Shown here: one piece after another, positions 5,516-11,624 of the stretch
Layout: each line of letters starts with the position of its first letter
How positions within the stretch are numbered: the stretch's first letter is position 1
Assembly: GCA_043819795.1 (NCBI GenBank)
Contig: JBDREN010000053.1
Span: forward strand, 1 to 11,624
Length of the DNA: 11,624 nucleotides
Source of the DNA: Elusimicrobiota bacterium
Lineage (GTDB): Bacteria; Elusimicrobiota; Elusimicrobia; UBA1565
Direction of reading: 5' to 3'
Program-made: the position numbers and the translations under genes
The notes under the pieces: generated by a model
Told to the model about the DNA's origin: nothing
Database searches by the model: none
What the model saw: only the letters and a program-made list of their open reading frames with translations

Positions 5516-7249
5516 TTAGAACATCCCTTTGACGATCTGCGCCATGGAGTAGGCGACCTCGGTGAGGGCCTCCCCGATGATCAGGCCGGCCGCCAGGGGG
5601 ACGACCTTCTCCTCGACGAAGTCCGAGGACTTCCACTTGGCGATGCCCATGGTCGCGAGGCAACCGAGGCCGAAGCCTAGGGTGATCGCGAAGGGCAGGT
5701 AGAAGGCCAGGCCCACCAGCACACCGAGCCCGCCGATCGGGTAGACCGCGAGGCCGCCGCCGATGAGCGCGCCCGTGACGTACTTGACGACCGGGGCGTT
5801 TCCGTCGAGGACGCCGGTGATCATGGCCTCCAGGGCCCCGGCCTGCGGCGCGACGAGGCATTCCGGGAGCTTGTTGACGCAGGCGTCGCTGTTCATGCCG
5901 AAGCCCGGACTGCCGTCCGGGGTGTGCCAGAGAAGATACACGGTGCCGATCGCGACGAGCGGGCCGATCCACGCCACCGCGTACTGCATCACCTGCTGGC
6001 GGATGGGCCGGGCCCCGACCATCTGGCCGGTCTTGAGGTCCTGCATCATGTCCGCGCACTGGCTGGTGGCCACGCAGACCGCGACCCCGATGAGCACGGC
6101 GATGACGACGTCGCCGCCCGTGATCGCGAGGATGAGGGTGACGGCGATGAGGGCCAGCCCTGAGAGGGGCGAGATGTCGGTGAGGCCCGTGGCCTGCGCC
6201 ACGATGAGGCCGGCCACCCCGATCCAGACGGTGCCGACGATGGAGATCACCGCGGCTCTGGCCACGCTGATGTCCGAGGCCATGTACGCGGAGAAGAACA
6301 GCAGGATCACCGAGGCGACGAGCCCGAAGTAGAGGACCTTGATGGGGACCTCGTCGCTTCCCTCGCCCTTGCCGCCCTTGATCGTCTGGGCCGCCTGCTG
6401 GAGGCTCTTGAAGGCCCCCTTGATGGCGGGAAAGGCCACGATGATCCCGATCAGCGCCCCGCCGATCAGGAGCCCGATCCCGAGAGGCCGGAGCATGCCG
6501 TGGTAGATCGCGTCGGTGACGACTTCAGGACTCCCGGGGGCTACCCAGCCGTTGCCGACCGCGAACGGCGCGATGAACCAGTAGGCCAGGATGCCGCCCA
6601 GGGCGAAGGCGAGCCCGCCCGCTCCGGCGAGCATGCCCGCCCCGAAGTTCATGAGGCTGAAGTAGATGCCGGTCTGGGTGTATTCGGGCAGGCCGAGCCA
6701 CTTGCCGACCGGGATCTCGCCGGGCAGGTAGCCGTACTTGATGAGGATGACCGTGCCCAGCGAGAGGACGAAGCCGATCCCCATCAGGACCGCCTTCTCC
6801 TTGCCGGCGCCCGGCGACTTGAGGATGGCGGCGACGGCCGTCCCCGTGGGGAACCTGAGGCGGTCGAGGTCGATGAGCTGTTTGCGCAGCGGGATGATGA
6901 CCGTGATGCCGAGAAGCGAGCCCCCCATCGCGGAGACGATCATGACCCACATGGGGAAGTCGCGCCCCATCAGGAGCAGGGCCGGGAGCGTGAATATGAT
7001 GCCCGCGCTCGCGATGTTCACGCCGCTGGCGATCGTCTGGTTGATGTTGTTCTCGACGATCGTGCCCTTCTTGAGGATTCCCTTGAGGATCACGAACCCC
7101 ACGATCGCCGCGATCGACGAGCCGCCCAGAGTGAACCCGAGCTTGAGCCCGGCGTAGACGAACGACATCGTCATCACGATGCCGAGGATGACGCCGAGGA
7201 TGACCGCGGCGGGCGTGATCTCCCGGTACTCCTGCTGCCCCGTGTCCAT
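5516..7249 (-). CDS. OPT/YSL-family oligopeptide transporter (577 aa)
   Basis: Highly hydrophobic multi-TM protein with family motifs YAGLKLG, ENNINQTIAS, IPLRKQLI...LRFPTGTA, DMMQDLKTG and APQA. ATG 7249 follows GGAGG by 5 nt (the ORF track starts at 7261). Confidence 0.93.
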   Translation of the reverse strand: MDTGQQEYREITPAAVILGVILGIVMTMSFVYAGLKLGFTLGGSSIAAIVGFVILKGILKKGTIVENNINQTIASGVNIASAGIIFTLPALLLMGRDFPMWVMIVSAMGGSLLGITVIIPLRKQLIDLDRLRFPTGTAVAAILKSPGAGKEKAVLMGIGFVLSLGTVILIKYGYLPGEIPVGKWLGLPEYTQTGIYFSLMNFGAGMLAGAGGLAFALGGILAYWFIAPFAVGNGWVAPGSPEVVTDAIYHGMLRPLGIGLLIGGALIGIIVAFPAIKGAFKSLQQAAQTIKGGKGEGSDEVPIKVLYFGLVASVILLFFSAYMASDISVARAAVISIVGTVWIGVAGLIVAQATGLTDISPLSGLALIAVTLILAITGGDVVIAVLIGVAVCVATSQCADMMQDLKTGQMVGARPIRQQVMQYAVAWIGPLVAIGTVYLLWHTPDGSPGFGMNSDACVNKLPECLVAPQAGALEAMITGVLDGNAPVVKYVTGALIGGGLAVYPIGGLGVLVGLAFYLPFAITLGFGLGCLATMGIAKWKSSDFVEEKVVPLAAGLIIGEALTEVAYSMAQIVKGMF

Positions 7250-7343
7250 GTTGCCCTCCATAGATTAAGGAATACTATAAAAAATGCGTCCCTCGCGGCA
7301 GAAAACCCGGGCACTTTTGTATACTCCCGTTCGGAGAACAACC
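7250..7343. promoter_or_regulatory. Compact AT-rich divergent promoter region
   Basis: 94 bp between divergent starts, with -10-like TATAGT on the minus strand (7274-7279) and TATACT on the plus strand (7320-7325). Confidence 0.5.
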
Positions 7344-8084
7344 ATGGGAACACGGAAGATGATCCAAGCCACGCGCATATCGCTGGCGCTTCTTCTGGCG
7401 ACGCCAGTGACGGGCTTCGCCCAGGACGCTCCCGAGAAGCGGTGGAAGGACACCGCCGAGGTGTCGCTCGTCACCACCAACGGGAACAGCCGCGCGACCA
7501 CCACGTCGGCCGGCAACCGCTTCGAGTACTCCTGGACCCGGACGACTTTGGGCGTCAACGCCGGCGCGCTCGGCGCCAAGAGCGAGGACCGGGTCACGAC
7601 GGAGCGCTACAACGCCAGCGAGAAGGTCTCCTTCAGGTTCACCGACCACAACTACGTATTCGAGCGCTTCGGATGGGAGAGGAACCGCTACGCCGGGTTC
7701 CTCCACCGATGGGACTTCTCCTCGGGCCTCGGGCGGGAGCTGCTGCATATGGAGAAGCACTCCCTCATCTCGGAGCTCGGTTTCGGCTACACCAATGAGG
7801 AGCGCGTCGACGCCCCGCGCCAACACTTCGCCTCCGGCCGCACCTACTCCAAATACACTTGGCAGGTCAGCGAGACCGCCACGTTCAGCCAGGACGGCGA
7901 GGTCCTGGCTAACTTCAAGGACATGGACGGCTACCGGCTCAACACAGAGACGGCCCTGACCGCCTCCATCACGGTCCACTTTTCCATCAAGACCGCGTTC
8001 CTTTGGAACCGGGTGGGCGCGCCCCCGCCGGGCGTCCTCAAGGACGATACGACCACGTCGGTCGCCCTGATCGCGAATTTCTGA
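7344..8084 (+). CDS. DUF481/YdiY-like outer-membrane beta-barrel protein (246 aa)
   Basis: ATG 7344 after GGAG; signal peptide (..[17 protein letters not shown]), W...[10 protein letters not shown] start, alternating amphipathic strands, D-T-T-T-S near the end and a C-terminal Phe. Confidence 0.85.
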   Translation: MGTRKMIQATRISLALLLATPVTGFAQDAPEKRWKDTAEVSLVTTNGNSRATTTSAGNRFEYSWTRTTLGVNAGALGAKSEDRVTTERYNASEKVSFRFTDHNYVFERFGWERNRYAGFLHRWDFSSGLGRELLHMEKHSLISELGFGYTNEERVDAPRQHFASGRTYSKYTWQVSETATFSQDGEVLANFKDMDGYRLNTETALTASITVHFSIKTAFLWNRVGAPPPGVLKDDTTTSVALIANF

Positions 8085-8098
8085 GCCAGCGAACCGGG

Positions 8099-8116
8099 GC
8101 CTCGACGAAACGAGGC
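8099..8116 (+). other. Intergenic hairpin
   Basis: GCCTCG-ACGAAA-CGAGGC, 14 nt after the barrel gene's stop; no U-tract. Confidence 0.3.
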
Positions 8117-8154
8117 GCATCCGGCGCGCGCTAATATTTAGGGAGCGAGGACCA

Positions 8155-10194
8155 ATGGAAAAAGGAAACGTCATGAGCCCTTCGCCTGCCGGGCCCTCAT
8201 CGCCCGACGAGGGCCTGGAGCGGACCCGCGTAAACACCATACGCATGCTCGCCGCCGACATGATCGAGAAGGCGAAGTCGGGGCATCCCGGCCTCCCCAT
8301 GGGAGCGGCGACCTTGGCCTACGCGCTTTGGACGACGTTCCTGCGGCACGATCCCAAAGAGCCCCGCTGGCCGGATCGCGACCGGTTCGTCCTGTCCGCG
8401 GGACACGGGTCGGCCCTGCTCTACGCCATGCTGCACCTGACCGGATACGACCTTTCGCTCGACGACCTAAAGGCGTTCCGCCAGTTGGGCAGCCGGACCC
8501 CGGGCCACCCGGAGCCCGGCCTCACCCCCGGAGTCGAGACCGTGACGGGACCTCTCGGCCAGGGCTTGGGCAACGCGGTGGGCATGGCCCTCGCGGAGCG
8601 GTGGCTGGCCGCGCGCTACAACCGCCCCGGCCACGAGATAGTGGACCACGTCACCTACGTGCTCGCCTCCGACGGCGACATGATGGAGGGCATCTCCTCG
8701 GAGGCCGCGTCGCTGGCCGGGCATCTGCGCCTGGGAAAGCTCATCGTGGTCTACGACGACAACAAGATCTCGATCGAGGGCGGCACGTCGCTCGCCTTCA
8801 CGGAGGACGTGGGGGCCCGATTCAAGGCGTTCGGCTGGGCGGTCCAGAGGATCGACGGCAACGACGTCAAGGAGATCGAGCGGGCCCTTCAGCGCGCCCG
8901 GGAGGACGCCTCCCGCCCCTCGCTCATCGTCGCCCGCACGCACATCGGCTTCGGGAGCCCCGGCAGGCAGGACACGCCCAAGGCCCACGGCGAGCCTTTG
9001 GGAGCCGCGGAGCTCGCCGCCACGAAGAAGAACCTCGGCTGGCCGTTAGAGCCGGCCTTTCACATCCCGGAAGAAAGCGCGGCGTTCTTCCGGCGGGCGG
9101 TGGAGAAGGGAGCGCGGCTCCGTTCCGATTGGGAGAAGCGTTGGAAGGCCTACGCGGAGGCTTTCCCCCGCATCGCGGAAGAGTGGGAAACCGCCCAGCG
9201 CGGCGCGCTCCCCCGGGAATGGGACGCGGACATCCCGATATTCCATCCGGACACCGGCCCCCTTTCCACGAGAAAGGCTTCGGGGAAGGCGCTCAACGCC
9301 CTGGCGGGACGCGTCCCGTGGCTCGTGGGCGGCTCGGCGGACCTCGCCCCCTCCAACAACACGCTGATCGACAAGGGAGGCGACGTGGCGGCGGGCCGCT
9401 TCGAGGGTCGCAACCTCCGCTTCGGCATCCGCGAGCACGCCATGGGCGCGATCGTCAACGGCATGACCCTTCACGGGGGCATGCGCGTGTACGGAGCGAC
9501 TTTCCTGACCTTCTCGGACTATTTCCGTCCCGCCCTGCGCTTGGCCGCCCTCGCCAAGATACCGTCCATCTTCGTCCTGACCCACGACAGCATCGCGGTG
9601 GGGGAAGACGGCCCGACCCACCAGCCCGTGGAGCACCTGGCCGCGCTCAGGGCCATCCCGAACATGGTCGTGCTCCGGCCGGCGGACGCCAACGAGACCG
9701 CCGAGGCATGGAGGCTCGCCCTCACGCACGGCGAAGGCCCGGTCCTGCTGATCCTGTCGCGACAGGACCTCCCCATCCTGGAGCCCAAGAAGGGGCTGCT
9801 GCCAAAAGGCGCCTACGTCTTAAAGGAAGCCCCGGACGGAAAGCCGGACATGATCCTGCTCGCCACGGGGTCCGAAGTATCGCTGGCCCTCGAGGCGCGG
9901 GAGACGCTGGCCGCCGAGGGCATAGGCGCCCGCGTCGTGAGCATGCCGAGTTGGGAACTCTTCGAGGCCCAGCCGCAAGAGTACAAGGACTCCGTGCTGC
10001 CGCCCGGGCTTAAGGCCCGCCTCGCCGTCGAGGCGGGGGTGTCCCAAGGCTGGCAGCAGTACGTGGGCTCGCGGAAGAACGTCGTGGGAGTGGAGCGGTT
10101 CGGAGCCTCCGCCCCCGGCCCCATCGTCATGAAGGATTACGGGTTCACGGCCGCGAACGTCGCGGCCAGGGCGAAGGCGATCCTCGAGAAGTAA
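8155..10194 (+). CDS. tkt: Transketolase
   Basis: [28 protein letters not shown], ThDP-binding (S)DGDMMEG...[27 protein letters not shown] and FGASAPG. An alternative start at 8173 (AAGGA upstream) is possible. Confidence 0.98.
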   Translation: MEKGNVMSPSPAGPSSPDEGLERTRVNTIRMLAADMIEKAKSGHPGLPMGAATLAYALWTTFLRHDPKEPRWPDRDRFVLSAGHGSALLYAMLHLTGYDLSLDDLKAFRQLGSRTPGHPEPGLTPGVETVTGPLGQGLGNAVGMALAERWLAARYNRPGHEIVDHVTYVLASDGDMMEGISSEAASLAGHLRLGKLIVVYDDNKISIEGGTSLAFTEDVGARFKAFGWAVQRIDGNDVKEIERALQRAREDASRPSLIVARTHIGFGSPGRQDTPKAHGEPLGAAELAATKKNLGWPLEPAFHIPEESAAFFRRAVEKGARLRSDWEKRWKAYAEAFPRIAEEWETAQRGALPREWDADIPIFHPDTGPLSTRKASGKALNALAGRVPWLVGGSADLAPSNNTLIDKGGDVAAGRFEGRNLRFGIREHAMGAIVNGMTLHGGMRVYGATFLTFSDYFRPALRLAALAKIPSIFVLTHDSIAVGEDGPTHQPVEHLAALRAIPNMVVLRPADANETAEAWRLALTHGEGPVLLILSRQDLPILEPKKGLLPKGAYVLKEAPDGKPDMILLATGSEVSLALEARETLAAEGIGARVVSMPSWELFEAQPQEYKDSVLPPGLKARLAVEAGVSQGWQQYVGSRKNVVGVERFGASAPGPIVMKDYGFTAANVAARAKAILEK

Positions 10195-10237
10195 GGAACC
10201 CGGCGAAGCCGCCTGAGCGCCCGGCCGACCGGCGGGG

Positions 10238-11623
10238 TCACTCCAGGCCGTCGATGGCGTTCTCGGCGAAGTCGATGAGGAGGTCCGCGTCCTCCTCCGA
10301 GATCTTCTTGCCCCGCTGGGCCTTCACGCTGTTGATGAGCGCTTTGAGCTTGTTGGCCGCGGCCCCGGTGTTGCCGTCTTCCTGGCTCGCGATCGCCGAT
10401 TCCACCTTGGAGCCGAGCTCGTTGGCGGTCCCGGCGGGCAGGCTCAGCTCCTCCACGACCTCCGGGGCGTCCTCCAGCGTGTCGATGCAGCCGTCGGCGT
10501 CGGCGTCGGCTCCCCGCGGGTGCTCGAAGGGGCAGGCGTCGGCCGCGTCCGCGAGCCCGTCGTCGTCGTCGTCCGGGTCCACGCAGTCCGCGGCCCCGTC
10601 GTTGTCGAAGTCCGGGTAGCCCTCGTCCACGCCGCCGTCGCAGTCGTCGTCGGTGTCGTTGCAGAGCTCGGCGGCTCCGGGGTATACGTCCGCGCTCGTG
10701 TCGTCGCAGTCGGTCCCGCAGCCCGCGGGGGTGCCCAGGTGGCCGTCGCCGTCCGCGTCCGCGCAGCACTCCGTATCGGGCGTTCCCTGGCCGTCGCAAT
10801 ACGCCCCCGCCGTGCAGAGCCCGTCGTCCGCGTCGCAGTCGCAGGCGTCGCCGGCCCCGTCGAAGTCGGAGTCGGCCTGGTCCGGGTCCTGCGCGGACGG
10901 GCAGACGTCGCAGGCGTCGCCCGCGCCGTCACCGTCGGCGTCCGCCTGCCCGGGATTGGCCACCCACGGGCAGTTGTCCGCGGCCTCCCCGACCGAGTCC
11001 CCGTCGCCGTCGCAGGTCGCCTCGTCGGCGCAGGTGACATTGTCGGCGATGGTGTTGTGCTGCGGGTAATAGACGCTGACCTCCGTCTGGGGCGCGTAGA
11101 AGACGTTGTGGGTCACCTCGTTGTTGACCGCGTAGGCCATGAACACCGCGACCGTGGGGAAATAGACCCGGTTGGAGACGATGGAGTTGTACTGGCTGGC
11201 CTCGCTGTACGCGCTCACCTGGATCCCGATCGGCGCATGGACCGCGTTGCGCGCGAACGTGCCGTACGAGATGTTGTCGTTCAAGAGAATCCCGCGGTCC
11301 GACGCGTGGATGGTGTTGTCCACGATCTCGAGGCTGTGGATGCCGCCGGCGTAGCCGCTGCCCCAGATGCCGTTGACGAAGCCGCCGATGAAGCAGTTCT
11401 TGACCGCGGCGCCGCTCATCGTCTTGAGGATGGTCACGCCGTTGCCGGTCCCGTCGCCCGTGATCGAACGGCCCCGGCAGTCCAGGATCACCCCGGTATG
11501 CCCGATCCTCACCCCGCCCTCTATGTCCGCGGTCAGGTTCACGTCGTAGCCCTCGGCCAGCTTCGCGTCCACGCAGGCCGCGTCGGCGCAGTCCGCGGCG
11601 AGCCGCTCCGTCGGGTTGTCGCC
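10238..11623 (-). CDS. 5'-partial modular secreted protein: right-handed beta-helix (NosD/PbH1-like), TSP3 repeats, MopE-like Cys/Asp metal-binding repeat, FIMAH-like helical C-terminus
   Basis: The frame stays open past 11572 to the window edge (GDNPTERLAADCADAACVDAK...). Motifs: ILDCRGRSITGDGTGNGV plus I-x-x-N repeats; DNCPWVANPGQADADGDGAGDACD; DCDDTSADVYPGAAELCNDTDDDCDGGVDEG; GTANELGSKV...LKALINSVKAQRGKKISEEDADLLI. Confidence 0.88.
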   Translation of the reverse strand, partial: GDNPTERLAADCADAACVDAKLAEGYDVNLTADIEGGVRIGHTGVILDCRGRSITGDGTGNGVTILKTMSGAAVKNCFIGGFVNGIWGSGYAGGIHSLEIVDNTIHASDRGILLNDNISYGTFARNAVHAPIGIQVSAYSEASQYNSIVSNRVYFPTVAVFMAYAVNNEVTHNVFYAPQTEVSVYYPQHNTIADNVTCADEATCDGDGDSVGEAADNCPWVANPGQADADGDGAGDACDVCPSAQDPDQADSDFDGAGDACDCDADDGLCTAGAYCDGQGTPDTECCADADGDGHLGTPAGCGTDCDDTSADVYPGAAELCNDTDDDCDGGVDEGYPDFDNDGAADCVDPDDDDDGLADAADACPFEHPRGADADADGCIDTLEDAPEVVEELSLPAGTANELGSKVESAIASQEDGNTGAAANKLKALINSVKAQRGKKISEEDADLLIDFAENAIDGLE

Positions 11624-11624
11624 G

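Noticed and set aside
4941..6059. N-terminal 373 codons of the listed 531-aa ORF
   Set aside because: Arg/Gly/Pro-rich off-frame shadow of OPT and the 183-aa gene; the pilin starts at 4940.
6500..10013. Shadow ORFs 6500..7798, 7275..8300 and 8328..10013
   Set aside because: They overlap well-supported genes and have low-complexity Arg/Gly/Pro-rich translations.

Overview
GC-rich bacterial window, possibly Elusimicrobiota (inferred only from my recollection of the pilin N-terminal motif). Left to right: (1) a large secreted modular protein (signal peptide, GLUG-type repeats, thrombospondin type-3 repeats, ZU5-like domain with an HFS motif, Cys-rich tail); (2) a 750-bp, visibly less GC-rich spacer; (3) a tRNA-Lys(TTT)/tRNA-Glu(TTC) pair; (4) a minus-strand operon of an OPT-family transporter, a small membrane protein and a type IV pilin-like protein; (5) a divergent DUF481-like outer-membrane barrel; (6) transketolase; (7) the 3' part of a second modular secreted Ca/Cys-repeat protein running off the right edge. 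The most unusual signal is in the spacer. It holds at least two decayed direct-repeat copies (3943-4017 and 4184-4235) of the promoter plus 5' half of tRNA-Lys. Both end at the anticodon loop and both have a damaged -10 box. This suggests scars of repeated integration by an element that restores the tRNA 5' end, but no integrase is present in the window and simple tandem duplication is not excluded. All alignments and counts were done by hand.
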